A stretch of 64,000 bases of DNA from an uncultured delta proteobacterium. Its GTDB lineage: Bacteria; Desulfobacterota; Desulfobacteria; Desulfobacterales; Desulfosalsimonadaceae. The notes under the pieces were generated by a model. It made no database searches, had not been told where the DNA came from, and worked only from the letters and a program-made list of their open reading frames with translations. Where the stretch lies: NCBI GenBank assembly GCA_963826785.1, contig CAWGYD010000006.1:352001-416000 (forward strand), in the 5' to 3' direction. Each line of letters opens with the position of its first letter. Positions within the stretch are counted from its first letter, which is position 1. The position numbers were made by a program, and so were the translations under genes. Below, piece by piece: positions 10,358 through 20,651 of this stretch.

Positions 10358-11512
10358 ATGAGAAACAGCTTCTTAGTGGTCAGCATGGGTTTTTTGATAC
10401 TGATGGGCCTGCTGTCGGTCATCGGTTGCCGATCATTTCAGACCGCCTACTTCGGGGTGCAGGACAGGGCCGTCTATGCCCCCAAGGAATTCAACCAGAC
10501 CCGGGAGGTCGTCGAAACCGCCAAGCAGACGGCGGAAAGCCCCTATGCGGGAAAAAAGATCGATGAATCCATGGCCTACGGCCGGGAAGCAGCCACCGTC
10601 TACTGGGCCTGCCATGACCAGGAAGCCAAAGATCTGCTGGCCCTGGCCCGGCTGTCCGCCTATGATGCGGAACTCTACCACCCCCAGCCACCGCCGCCCC
10701 AGACCCACCGGTCCTTCCATACCCCCTTTGTCCCTGAACCCACCGAGGCGATGGCGCCGAAAAATACCTTTGCCGCGTTAAAGGCACTTCCGCCGCGGAT
10801 GGTGATCGCGTCAGTCAGCTTCGGATTTAATTCCTATCAGCTGGGCGAACATGGAAAAGATATCCTGGACGGCAATCTTCCCCTGTTTAAAGCTTACCCG
10901 GACATCATCTATGAAATCGCCGGGCACACCGATTTCATTGGGTCAGAAGCATACAACCAGAGACTTTCCGAAAAACGGGCCAAAAGCGTTGCCTCGCATC
11001 TGAGGGCCCGGGGAATCCCGCGCGCCAACCTGGTCACGATCGGGTACGGTGAATCCGATCCGGTGGCTTCAAACGAAACAGAAGCGGGCCAGGCCCTCAA
11101 CCGGCGGGCGGAAGACCGGGTGCTCGGATCCCTGCTGCCGGATTTCGGCATTGAAAATTTAGAACTGCTTCCTGCCGGAACCACCATCGAAGTCATTCAT
11201 TTTACCCACTATGGCAGCAGCCTCCTGCCGATCTACCAGTCGCTTCTGGATAAATCCATACCCGCCTTGAAAGCACATCCCCGCGTGAAACTTGCGATTA
11301 CCGGCCACAGCGATGTCACCGGTACAAATGACACCATCGCGGCCATCTCCTTTCAGCGGGCCCTATCGGTTTCCGATTACCTGGTCTCCAAAGGGATCGA
11401 CGGAAGCCGGATCATCATCAAGGCGGCAGGGTCGGCTTCCCCCGTGGCCACCAACACCACCACCGAGGGAAGGGCCTTAAACCGGCGCGTGGAAATCAAA
11501 ATCGCCGATTAA
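10358..11512 (+). CDS. Lipoprotein with two OmpA-like peptidoglycan-binding domains
   Basis: Lipobox VIGC; GHTDFIG..YNQRLSEKRA..G..LNRR and GHSDVTG..SFQRA..GRALNRRVEI. Confidence 0.85.
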   Translation: MRNSFLVVSMGFLILMGLLSVIGCRSFQTAYFGVQDRAVYAPKEFNQTREVVETAKQTAESPYAGKKIDESMAYGREAATVYWACHDQEAKDLLALARLSAYDAELYHPQPPPPQTHRSFHTPFVPEPTEAMAPKNTFAALKALPPRMVIASVSFGFNSYQLGEHGKDILDGNLPLFKAYPDIIYEIAGHTDFIGSEAYNQRLSEKRAKSVASHLRARGIPRANLVTIGYGESDPVASNETEAGQALNRRAEDRVLGSLLPDFGIENLELLPAGTTIEVIHFTHYGSSLLPIYQSLLDKSIPALKAHPRVKLAITGHSDVTGTNDTIAAISFQRALSVSDYLVSKGIDGSRIIIKAAGSASPVATNTTTEGRALNRRVEIKIAD

Positions 11513-11683
11513 CGGATCTTTTTTAAAACCGCCTCCTTGCCCGCCACCCGATCTTTTCTGTTGACAATCAGAAATATTGCCATTAATTAAAAAGATTTAC
11601 GCTTTTTAGCCATCCGAGGAAGTGCGCGGCCAGCGGTCTAATATTTTTATATTTTTCATGATCATCAAGGTCAGGAAGAAAAA

Positions 11684-12142
11684 ATGCATTTTAATTTGGA
11701 CAAGGTTCAGACGATCAAACTATTCGAGGAACTGAGCCCCGAGGAACTGGATGAAATTTTTCCCCTGCTTCATCCCATGCGGGTGATCGAAGGCGAGCAG
11801 CTTTTCCGGCAGGGGGACAAGGCGCATACTTTCTTTGTCGTAATGACCGGCAATTATATGCTTTATTTCGATGACGGGCGAGCGTTTACGTTTCACCACC
11901 AGGGAGATATCTTCGGCTGGTCCACCGTTATCAGCCCTTTTCAATACACGGCCTCTGTTGTCGCCCTGACCGAGGGTGAAATTCTGCGGATTCCCGGTGA
12001 AGAATTTTTCCAGCTGCTTCAAGGAAATGTCTCCCTGGGCGATAAACTGATGAAAAAGATCGATGCCATCGTTTCCCAGCGGCTGGCATTTGCCCGCGGC
12101 CCCGGCAAGACAGATTCCGGCGCCTCACTTCACAAACAGTAA
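11684..12142 (+). CDS. Stand-alone cyclic-nucleotide-binding domain protein
   Basis: LFEEL, GEQLFRQGD, GDIFGWS and YTASVVALT; no C-terminal HTH. Confidence 0.8.
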   Translation: MHFNLDKVQTIKLFEELSPEELDEIFPLLHPMRVIEGEQLFRQGDKAHTFFVVMTGNYMLYFDDGRAFTFHHQGDIFGWSTVISPFQYTASVVALTEGEILRIPGEEFFQLLQGNVSLGDKLMKKIDAIVSQRLAFARGPGKTDSGASLHKQ

Positions 12143-12184
12143 GGCATTCGATGTCGATGAGACATCCTATCAGGAGGTATCCCA

Positions 12185-12625
12185 TTGTACGGATTTGAGG
12201 CAATCGCCTTTTACAATGGCTGGGCCATCTCGGCAGTCGGCATCAGCATTGTTTTCACCGCCCTGGTCACCCTCTCCTTCATTATTTCGCAGCTGCATAA
12301 ACTGCTGGCCCTTTGGGAAAACAGGGAAGTGCACGTAAAAAAGATCAAGGGCCTGTTCGCCGAAAAGAAAACGCCCGTATCGCCCAAAAAACAGGTGCTC
12401 ACCCAGGATTTTCACGAATCGGCCCGGCAGTTTTCCATCCTGATCAAGTCCCTGGGCGAACCCTTCTCACTGCCCAAGCTCATTGAAATGGCGGAAATCA
12501 TCGGGATCGCAAAACCCCATTCAACAGTGAACTCGCTGATTCAGGCCAAATTGATTCGCCCGGATGAACATGGATTGTTTTACCTCGATCATGAGGCGTA
12601 CCAGACCTTTCAGACGCAGGAGTAG
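12185..12625 (+). CDS. oadG: OadG-family gamma subunit of a Na+-translocating decarboxylase, with C-terminal extension
   Basis: TTG start after AGGAGG; GISIVFTALVTLSFII single TM helix; directly upstream of the beta subunit. Confidence 0.72.
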   Translation: MYGFEAIAFYNGWAISAVGISIVFTALVTLSFIISQLHKLLALWENREVHVKKIKGLFAEKKTPVSPKKQVLTQDFHESARQFSILIKSLGEPFSLPKLIEMAEIIGIAKPHSTVNSLIQAKLIRPDEHGLFYLDHEAYQTFQTQE

Positions 12626-12633
12626 ACGACATC

Positions 12634-13761
12634 ATGGAAATGTTTTTAAATTTTCTTGCCAATACCGGCTTTGTCCTGGGCGATTACCGGAATATCCTCA
12701 TGATCGGCGTCGGCTGCTTCTTCATCTACCTGGGGATCGCCAAGCATTATGAACCGCTGCTGCTGGTCCCCATCGGGTTCGGCATCCTGGTGGGCAACAT
12801 CCCGGTTTTCAAGGGTCTGGGCCTGGGGATCTATGAAAACAACAGCGTCCTGCACTACCTGTATTTCGGGGTAACCCAGGGGATCTATCCCCCGCTGATT
12901 TTTCTGGGGATCGGTGCGCTGACCGACTTTTCAACCATGCTGGCCCGGCCGGTGCTCATGCTGCTGGGCGCGGCGGCGCAAGCGGGGATATTTCTGACCT
13001 TCCTGGGGGCGCTGGCCCTGGGATTCCTTCCCAAGGAGGCGGCCTCCATCGCGATCATCGGCGGGGCAGACGGCCCCACCGCCATTTTTCTCACCGCCCA
13101 GCTGGCCAAGGACCTGATCGGCCCCATCGCCGTAGCGGCCTATTCTTACATGGCCCTGGTACCGGTCATTCAGCCGCCCATCATGAGGCTTTTGACCACC
13201 CGCAAAGAGCGGCTCATCCGCATGGAAGACCCCCGAGAGGTCTCCAAAACCGAAAAGGTGGTTTTCCCCATCGTGGCCCTGATCCTCTGCTGCTTCGTGG
13301 CACCGGCCGCAATCGCTCTTTTGGGAATGCTCTTTCTGGGCAACCTGCTCAAGGAATCAATGGTCACGGAGCGCCTGGCCCAGGCCGCCCGCACCTCTGT
13401 ACTCGACTCGGTTACCATCCTGCTGGGATTGACCGTGGGGGCCAGCACCCAGGCCGATGTTTTTTTGACCGGAAAATCCGTGGGGATTTTCGTGCTGGGG
13501 GCCACCGCCTTCGGCGTGGCCACGGCGGCCGGGGTCATCTTCGCCAAGATCATGAACCTGTTTTTAAAGGAAAAGATCAATCCGCTGCTGGGAGCCGCCG
13601 GGGTCTCCGCGGTTCCGGACTCCGCCCGGGTCGTCCAGATTGTGGGGCAGAAAGAAGATCCCACCAATTTCCTGCTGATGCATGCCATGGCGCCCAATAT
13701 CTCCGGGGTCATCGGATCGGCAGTCGCCGCCGGCGTGATGTGGAGCCTTCTGGTAAAATGA
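12634..13761 (+). CDS. oadB: Na+-translocating decarboxylase beta subunit
   Basis: YEPLLLVPIGFG, PPLIFLGIGA, IIGGADGPTAIF, AAYSYMALVP and GVSAVPDSAR. Confidence 0.93.
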   Translation: MEMFLNFLANTGFVLGDYRNILMIGVGCFFIYLGIAKHYEPLLLVPIGFGILVGNIPVFKGLGLGIYENNSVLHYLYFGVTQGIYPPLIFLGIGALTDFSTMLARPVLMLLGAAAQAGIFLTFLGALALGFLPKEAASIAIIGGADGPTAIFLTAQLAKDLIGPIAVAAYSYMALVPVIQPPIMRLLTTRKERLIRMEDPREVSKTEKVVFPIVALILCCFVAPAAIALLGMLFLGNLLKESMVTERLAQAARTSVLDSVTILLGLTVGASTQADVFLTGKSVGIFVLGATAFGVATAAGVIFAKIMNLFLKEKINPLLGAAGVSAVPDSARVVQIVGQKEDPTNFLLMHAMAPNISGVIGSAVAAGVMWSLLVK

Positions 13762-13884
13762 TAACCCGGGATTTCAATTTGCGAACATTGGAACAGACCT
13801 TATGGTATTATAAATGACCGGCGGCCATCATGTGCGCCGATATGAACCATTGAGCAGTGACACATTTGACGAGGCCGGTTCTTT

Positions 13885-14863
13885 GTGGGGTTGACCAATA
13901 CAGAAAAACTCAACCGGTTCTACCAGATTTTCACCGGTTCCGACCATGTGCTGATCATCATCAATGCCGACCCGGATGCCATCGCAAGCGCAATGGCGGT
14001 TAAACGGATGTTGTGGCGTAGGGTGACCAATGTGGCCATCTCCAATATCAACACCATCGTCCGTCCGGACAACATGGCCATGATCCGGCTGCTTGGACGT
14101 CACTTTGATCCATATTTCCAAGGTCGAGCCCCACCGCTTCAATAAAATTATCATTGTAGACTCCCAGCCCTCCCACCATGAATGCTTTGCCGATTACAAC
14201 TATGCGGCCATTATCGACCACCATCCCGACAGCGGGCACCCGGCTGAATTCAGGGACATCCGGGCGGACTACGGCGCCAACGCCACCATTTTAACCGAAT
14301 ACCTGCGGGCCGCCAAGATCACCCCCACCGCCAAGCTGGCCACCGGACTGCTTTATGCCATCAAGACGGACACCGCCAATTTCGAACGAAACGCCACCAA
14401 CGCAGATATCCGCGCCTTCCAGTTTCTGTTTCAGCATGCCAACATCCACCTGGCCCGGCGCATGGAGCAGGTGGATCTGCGGGTTGATTTTCTGGACTAT
14501 TTTAAAAGGGCCATCGAGGGCCATGTCATGAACGGAAACCGGATCTTTTCCAACCTGGGCAATATCAAAAATCCGGATATCTGCGTGCTCATCGCCGACT
14601 TTTTCATGCGGGTCAACACGGTTACCTGGAGCATCGTATCCGGCCTCTATGAAGGCAAGCTGATCATCATCGTCAGAAATGACGGGCTTCAGAAAAGTGC
14701 CGGACAGTTCCTGTCAAACCGCTTCGGCAGCCTGGGAACCGCCGGCGGACACGAAAGCATGGCCCGGGCGGAGCTTCCGGTTGAAAATCTCGGGGACCTG
14801 GTGGATTACAAGCAGGACGAACCGCTTTTAAACTGGATCATTTCAAAATTTGACAGCAAATGA
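13885..14863 (+). pseudogene. DHH-family phosphoesterase with one +1 frameshift near 14094 (possibly a sequencing indel)
   Basis: ORF 13885-14145 (ADPDAIASA) and ORF 14093-14863 (IIDHHP, AGGH) join if one G in CTTGGACGTC is removed. Confidence 0.8.
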
Positions 14864-15648
14864 ATACCCCGTCCCGCAAGTCTGACATCCGTGTGACCCT
14901 CCTGGGCTCCGGGACCTGCGTCCCCTCCCTGAAGCGCAGCTCCTCTTCCGTGCTGGTCCGGATCGGGACGGCGGCCATCCTGCTGGATATCGGGGCCGGC
15001 ACCATCCACCGGCTGCTTCAGGCCGATTTTTCCATATTCGATGTTACCCACCTGTTTATCAGCCATTTTCACCCGGATCATAGCGGGGAGATGGTCTCTT
15101 TTCTATTTTCAAGTAAATACCCGGACACCGGCCGTCGAAAAACTCGGCTGGTGCTTGCCGGCGGGCCCGGGTTCTGCCTGCATTATGACCGGCTGAAATC
15201 GATTTACGGGGAATGGATCGACCTTTCCGGAAAACTCGACCTGGCAGACCTTGACCCGGCCGTATCCACTGATTATTTTTACACGTCTTTTTCCATGCGT
15301 GTTGCCGCCATGGCGCACCGGGAGGAAAGCATCGCTTTTCGCATTACTGCGCCGGACGGAAGGGCCATTGTCTATTCAGGGGATACGGATTATACTGAAA
15401 ACCTGGTGGAAATTGCCAGAAACGCGGACCTGTTGATCTGTGAAGCGGCCCTTCCCGATGCGCTGAAGGTGGAAGGCCACCTGACGCCGTCTGTTGCAGG
15501 ACGGATTGCCGCCCGGGCCGGGGTGAAAAAGCTGGTGCTTACCCATTTTTATCCGGAGAGCGACCGTGCGGATGTGGCAGGCGAGTGTGCAAAAACCTAT
15601 GACGGTCCCCTGATGCTGGCCGAGGACCTGATGGAGATCCGTCTTTAA
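14860..15648 (+). CDS. MBL-fold metallo-hydrolase (RNase Z-like)
   Basis: LLGSGT, LLDIGAG, SHFHPDH, YSGDT, HLTP and LTHFYP. Confidence 0.85.
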   Translation: MNTPSRKSDIRVTLLGSGTCVPSLKRSSSSVLVRIGTAAILLDIGAGTIHRLLQADFSIFDVTHLFISHFHPDHSGEMVSFLFSSKYPDTGRRKTRLVLAGGPGFCLHYDRLKSIYGEWIDLSGKLDLADLDPAVSTDYFYTSFSMRVAAMAHREESIAFRITAPDGRAIVYSGDTDYTENLVEIARNADLLICEAALPDALKVEGHLTPSVAGRIAARAGVKKLVLTHFYPESDRADVAGECAKTYDGPLMLAEDLMEIRL

Positions 15649-16326
15649 ATGCCGTATTACCCCGTAAATCTCGATATCAACGGACGTTCCTGCCTGGTGG
15701 TGGGCGGCGGTGCCGTGGCCACCCGAAAGGTCAAAGCGCTTTTGGACTGCGGCGCCCGGGTGACCGTGGTCAGCCTCGAATTTACCGAGGCCCTGCGGGA
15801 AATGGGCCGCCTGAAACAGGTCGCGCTCATCGAGCGCACCTATGCGCAAAAAGACCTCGACGGCCGGTTTCTGGTTATCGGCGCCACCAGCGACGAAACC
15901 CTCAACCGCCGCATCAGCGCGGATGCCGCATCGAAAAACATGCTCTGCAACATTGCCGACGTGCCCGCCATCTGCAATTTTATCCTGCCGTCTGTCATCC
16001 GCCGGGGGGACCTGGTGATTGCTGTGTCCACTTCCGGCAAAAGCCCGGCATTCGCCAAAATGCTCCGGGCCGGCCTGGAAGAACAGTTCGGCGAGGAATA
16101 TGCCCTGTTTCTCACCCTGATGGGTGCAATCCGCAAAAAGCTCCTGTCCACGGAACATGCTCCGGAATTCCATAAACCGCTGTTTGAACGCCTCATCGAC
16201 AGCGGTCTGCTGGATATGGTCAAGCACCGCCGCACCGGGGAGATCAACCGGCTGTTCGCCGAGGTGCTCGGCAGCGGATATGATTATGAAACCCTGTTAT
16301 CCGGGACTGGACAACAAACACCATGA
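15649..16326 (+). CDS. sirC: Precorrin-2 dehydrogenase / sirohydrochlorin ferrochelatase (SirC/Met8-like)
   Basis: YYPVNL, VVGGGAVATRKV, CNIADVP and AVSTSGKSPAFA. Confidence 0.88.
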   Translation: MPYYPVNLDINGRSCLVVGGGAVATRKVKALLDCGARVTVVSLEFTEALREMGRLKQVALIERTYAQKDLDGRFLVIGATSDETLNRRISADAASKNMLCNIADVPAICNFILPSVIRRGDLVIAVSTSGKSPAFAKMLRAGLEEQFGEEYALFLTLMGAIRKKLLSTEHAPEFHKPLFERLIDSGLLDMVKHRRTGEINRLFAEVLGSGYDYETLLSGTGQQTP

Positions 16327-17147
16327 TGCTTTTACATCTCATGATCATTTTGATGTACCTGGTCAGTTCAGCCGGTTACCTGGTATTCCTCTTTGCCCAG
16401 AAAGAGTGGTTGAACAAGGCGGCATACGGCTCACTGGCAGCCGGATTTGCATTGCACACCGGCCGGATCGCAGCCGCCTGGATCCACCTGGGATACGTAC
16501 CGGTGCAGAACCTGCACCATACCCTGTCCTTTGCCGCATGGACCCTGGCAGGCGCTTACCTGCTGCTGAAATACCGCTACCATCTTAAAATACTGGGCCT
16601 GTTTGCGGCCCCCCTGACCGCACTGATCATGATTATTGCGTCTTTCGTCCCGGACGTAGCACCCGCAGAACCGTCATCTTTGTTCAAAAGCATCTGGCTG
16701 GTTGCCCATGTGATCATGATTTTCCTGGGGGATGCGGCCCTGGCGCTGGCCTGCGGCACCGGTATTTTGTATCTGCTACAGGAGCATGCCATCAAAACCA
16801 AATCCAACCGGTTCTTTCTCAGGCGGTTACCCTCTCTGCAGTTTCTTGATTTCACCGGCTATTCCTTCGTCATCACCGGCTTTACCCTGCTGACCATCGG
16901 TCTGATCACCGGCATGGTATATGCCCAGGCCGTATGGGGACATTTCTGGAGCTGGGATCCCAAGGAAATCTGGTCCGGCGTCACCTGGCTGATTTACGCC
17001 GCCCTGCTGCATGAACGCCTGGTGGCGGGATGGCGGGGCCGGCGCGCCGCCATCATGTCCATCATCGGGTTTGCCGCGGTGTTGTTCACGTTCTTCGGCG
17101 TCAATTTTTTTCTGGAGGGACACCATGACGTCTTTACCCGGTGGTAA
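16323..17147 (+). CDS. ccsA: Cytochrome c biogenesis protein CcsA/HemX family
   Basis: Multi-TM protein with the WGHFWSWDPKE WWD motif; lies between sirC and hemA. Confidence 0.88.
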   Translation: MMLLHLMIILMYLVSSAGYLVFLFAQKEWLNKAAYGSLAAGFALHTGRIAAAWIHLGYVPVQNLHHTLSFAAWTLAGAYLLLKYRYHLKILGLFAAPLTALIMIIASFVPDVAPAEPSSLFKSIWLVAHVIMIFLGDAALALACGTGILYLLQEHAIKTKSNRFFLRRLPSLQFLDFTGYSFVITGFTLLTIGLITGMVYAQAVWGHFWSWDPKEIWSGVTWLIYAALLHERLVAGWRGRRAAIMSIIGFAAVLFTFFGVNFFLEGHHDVFTRW

Positions 17148-18453
17148 ACCCTCCCCGATCCCGGTACCGGAAAACGGAATCGAACTCGCAGACATTGTCC
17201 TGATCGGGGTGAACCACCGCACCGCACCGGTGGAACTTCGTGAAAAACTGGCCTTTTCCGCCGATGAAACCACGGAAGCCCTTGCCAGCCTTCGGCAGTC
17301 CGCCCATGTGGAAGAAGCCATTCTCATTTCCACCTGCAACCGGGTGGAATTTCTGCTCACGTCCCGGGACCGCGAGGCCGCTGCCGGGGCCGTGACCGCC
17401 TTCATCGCCAAAAGCAAATCGATTGCCCCGGCCAAACTGACCCCCAGCATGTATGTGCATTCCGGGGAGTCGGCCGTCCGGCACCTTTACCGGGTCGCGG
17501 CCAGCCTCGACTCCATGATGATTGGAGAACCCCAGATTCTGGGCCAGGTCAAAGATGCCTACAAAAACGCGGTGGATCGGAAAAGCGCCGGCGTCATTTT
17601 GAATCGGCTGCTGCACAAGGCATTTGCCGTCGCCAAGCGGGTCCGCAGCGAAACGGGTATCGGCGGACACGCGGTCTCCATCAGTTATGCGGCCGTGGAA
17701 CTGGCCAAGAAAATATTTGATGATTTAAACGGCAAAACCGTGCTCCTGGTGGGCGCCGGGGAAATGGCCGAACTGGCGGTGGAGCACCTGGTGCGAAACC
17801 GGACCCGGGGCCATATCCTGGTGGCCAACCGGACCTTTTCCGTTGGACTGGAACTGGCCCGGCGCTTTAACGGGGAAGCCGTCCGGCTGGAGGAGATCGG
17901 GGAAAAGCTGGTGGTGGCCGATATCATCATCAGCTCCACCGGCGCCCCCGGATACGTGATCTCCAAAAATGATGTCCGGCCGATCATGCGCACCCGGAAA
18001 AACCGGCCGCTGTTTTTCATCGACATTGCCGTTCCGAGAGATATTGATCCCGAAATCAACCGGATCTCAAATGCCTATGTGTATGACATCGATGATCTGC
18101 AGGGGGTGATCACCGAAAATATCGAAGCCCGGATGAAGGAGTCGATCAAGGCGGAACGGATCGTGGATGAAGCCGTCATCACCTTTTTCCAGTGGTACCA
18201 CAACCTGCAGGTGGTTCCCACCATCGTCGCCCTGCGGGAGAAATTCGATGCGCTGGCCGACACTGAACTCTCGCGAACGCTGCAATCGATGGAACTTGCG
18301 GAAAAGGATCGAGAGGCGCTTTCGAAGATGATGCACGCAACCATCAACAAGATCCTGCACGACCCCACGATCTTCTTGAAACACCCCGGCTCTCACCGCA
18401 GCAAGTCCGTCTATATTGATTTTATCCGCAACCTGTTCAAGCTGGATGAATAA
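17125..18453 (+). CDS. hemA: Glutamyl-tRNA reductase
   Basis: GVNHRTAPVELRE, STCNRVE, SLDSMMIGEPQILGQ, GAGEMA and DIAVPRDI; ATG 17125 preceded by GGAGGG. Confidence 0.95.
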   Translation: MTSLPGGKPSPIPVPENGIELADIVLIGVNHRTAPVELREKLAFSADETTEALASLRQSAHVEEAILISTCNRVEFLLTSRDREAAAGAVTAFIAKSKSIAPAKLTPSMYVHSGESAVRHLYRVAASLDSMMIGEPQILGQVKDAYKNAVDRKSAGVILNRLLHKAFAVAKRVRSETGIGGHAVSISYAAVELAKKIFDDLNGKTVLLVGAGEMAELAVEHLVRNRTRGHILVANRTFSVGLELARRFNGEAVRLEEIGEKLVVADIIISSTGAPGYVISKNDVRPIMRTRKNRPLFFIDIAVPRDIDPEINRISNAYVYDIDDLQGVITENIEARMKESIKAERIVDEAVITFFQWYHNLQVVPTIVALREKFDALADTELSRTLQSMELAEKDREALSKMMHATINKILHDPTIFLKHPGSHRSKSVYIDFIRNLFKLDE

Positions 18454-18692
18454 CTCGAAAAAACCGCACCTTTTTGCCCGCACGGTCGAGACAGGCGCCC
18501 CCGGGCGGCCATGCCGGTTCTATGATGTCCAAATTTCTGGTTTTTTCCTTTTTCCGCGCAGTAGCGATTGACGATTTGCGTAAAAACTTTATTCTTTACA
18601 ATTGAAAAAAAATTATGATAATGAATCCTTCTTTATAAAAGCTTTATAAATATCTGCTCTCATGAACCCGATATTACCAAGAAAGGGGATCC

Positions 18693-19061
18693 ATGATCAT
18701 GAAAAAAAAAGATCTTGAATTCTTTAAAGCTCTTTTGGATAAACGCATGGAAGAACTGCTCAGCCAGGCGGGGGATACCGTCACTGACATGCACGCGCCC
18801 AAAGGCAATTTCCCGGACCCCACGGACCGCGCCTCCTATGAAGCCGAGCGCAATTTCGAACTGCGTATCCGCGACCGGGAGCACAAACTGATCAAGAAAG
18901 TCAAAAAAGCCATTGAACGGATCAGCGAGGGATCATTCGGTATCTGTGAAACCTGCGGCGAGGATATCTCCATCGAGCGGCTCAAAGCCCGGCCGGTGAC
19001 CACCCAGTGCATCGATTGCAAGACCAAAGATGAAAAATTAGAGAAAGCGCTTGGATTATAA
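18693..19061 (+). CDS. dksA: RNA polymerase-binding protein DksA
   Basis: DPTDRASYE coiled-coil tip and a CETC..RLKARP..CIDC C4 zinc finger. Confidence 0.92.
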   Translation: MIMKKKDLEFFKALLDKRMEELLSQAGDTVTDMHAPKGNFPDPTDRASYEAERNFELRIRDREHKLIKKVKKAIERISEGSFGICETCGEDISIERLKARPVTTQCIDCKTKDEKLEKALGL

Positions 19062-19920
19062 GGACAAAATTGATCTTCACCTCCATTCCACCGCATCAGA
19101 TGGCTCGCTCGATCCCCTTGAGGTCGTCAGCCGGGGTATCCGTCTCAATCTCAAGGCCATTTCGCTGACCGACCACGATACCGTCGCCGGGGTCCAGAAA
19201 ATACTTGCCCGGGGCATTCCGAAAACGGCCATCGCATTTCTGACCGGGGTGGAAATCAGCGCCCAGCCGCCACCCTGGTTTTCCTCATCCGGCAGCATCC
19301 ATATCCTGGGGTATGGTTTTTCGGCTGATGACGCCGCTTTGAATGATGCCCTGGCGGCCCAGCAGGAAGCCCGTAAAAACCGCAACCCGCTCATCCTTTC
19401 CCGGCTAAACGCGATGGGAATTGATATTTCGCTTTCAGAAGTCGAAGCCGCTTCCGGGAAGGATAACCTCGGCCGTCCGCATATCGCCTCCGTTCTGGTG
19501 GAAAAAGGGATCGCATCATCCATCGACGATGCCTTCGACACCTTCCTGGGAAAAGGCAAGCCGGCATACGTGGAAAAACCGCGCATCGCCGCAGCCGATG
19601 CCATCAAGCTGATTAACAACGCCGGCGGCATCGCCGCCCTGGCCCATCCGGGCCTGCTCGAGGCCCAAAAAGTTGAAAAACTGCTGGTGGACCTGATGGC
19701 CCGGGGCCTCCTGGGAATCGAGGTCTATTACCCGGACCATACCCGGGAGCAGACCGACAATTTCCTCCACCTGGCCCGAAAACACCACCTGCTGGCCACG
19801 GGGGGGACCGATTTTCACGGCGACCTCATACCGGACATTCAAATGGGTACCGGAAGGGGAGATTTTTACGTCCCCTATGGCGTATACGAACAGATCGCCG
19901 CCGCACTCCACCCGCATTGA
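19051..19920 (+). CDS. PHP domain phosphoesterase
   Basis: DLHLHSTASDG, LTDHDT, GVEIS, HILGY, LAHP and TGGTDFHG. Confidence 0.9.
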   Translation: MDYKDKIDLHLHSTASDGSLDPLEVVSRGIRLNLKAISLTDHDTVAGVQKILARGIPKTAIAFLTGVEISAQPPPWFSSSGSIHILGYGFSADDAALNDALAAQQEARKNRNPLILSRLNAMGIDISLSEVEAASGKDNLGRPHIASVLVEKGIASSIDDAFDTFLGKGKPAYVEKPRIAAADAIKLINNAGGIAALAHPGLLEAQKVEKLLVDLMARGLLGIEVYYPDHTREQTDNFLHLARKHHLLATGGTDFHGDLIPDIQMGTGRGDFYVPYGVYEQIAAALHPH

Positions 19921-19944
19921 ACCGCTGTTCTTTTCAAAAATGAC

Positions 19945-20643
19945 ATGATTGAATCATCCCTGACCGAACTGGAACGCCTTCTGCCCTATGGCTTTAAGAA
20001 TAAGGACCTGCTGGACAACGCCCTTCGCCACACCTCGTTTGTCAACGAACAACAACAGCCCGGGATATCCGACAATGAACGGCTGGAATTTCTGGGTGAC
20101 GCGGTATTGAATATCATCATCAGCCATATGCTGATGGTCCGATTTCCGGAGTTAAATGAAGGCGATCTGTCCCGGACCCGCTCCTTTCTGGTCAATGAAA
20201 CCCGGCTGGCGGAGATCGCACTTACCCTGGAACTGGGCCGGTTTATCCGCCTGGGCAAAGGGGAGATCCTGTCCGGCGGTCAGACCAAAAAATCAATCCT
20301 TGCCGATGCCTATGAGGCGGTGGTGGCGGCCGTATACCTCGACGGCGGCTTTGACTGCGCCTTTGAAATGGTATCGAATCATTTTGCCGATCATTTCGAC
20401 GACATTGCCCAGTCCCCCCGGAACACCGATTATAAAAGCCGTCTTCAGGAGATGGTTCAGGCCACCATGAAGCTGGCCCCGGAGTACCGTTTGGTCAAAG
20501 AAAGCGGGCCGGATCATGACAAGACATTCGAGGTCCTGCTGGAGGCAGGCGATCTGTGTGCTTCGGGCACCGGAAAAAGCAAGAAAGCCGCGGAGCAGCA
20601 GGCGGCCCGCCGCGCATTGAAACAGCTGTCGGCGGGCCCATAG
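19945..20643 (+). CDS. rnc: Ribonuclease III
   Basis: NERLEFLGDAVL signature, ADAYEA, and a dsRBD (DYKSRLQE..GPDH..KSKKAAEQ). Confidence 0.97.
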   Translation: MIESSLTELERLLPYGFKNKDLLDNALRHTSFVNEQQQPGISDNERLEFLGDAVLNIIISHMLMVRFPELNEGDLSRTRSFLVNETRLAEIALTLELGRFIRLGKGEILSGGQTKKSILADAYEAVVAAVYLDGGFDCAFEMVSNHFADHFDDIAQSPRNTDYKSRLQEMVQATMKLAPEYRLVKESGPDHDKTFEVLLEAGDLCASGTGKSKKAAEQQAARRALKQLSAGP

Positions 20644-20651
20644 GGCCTCAC

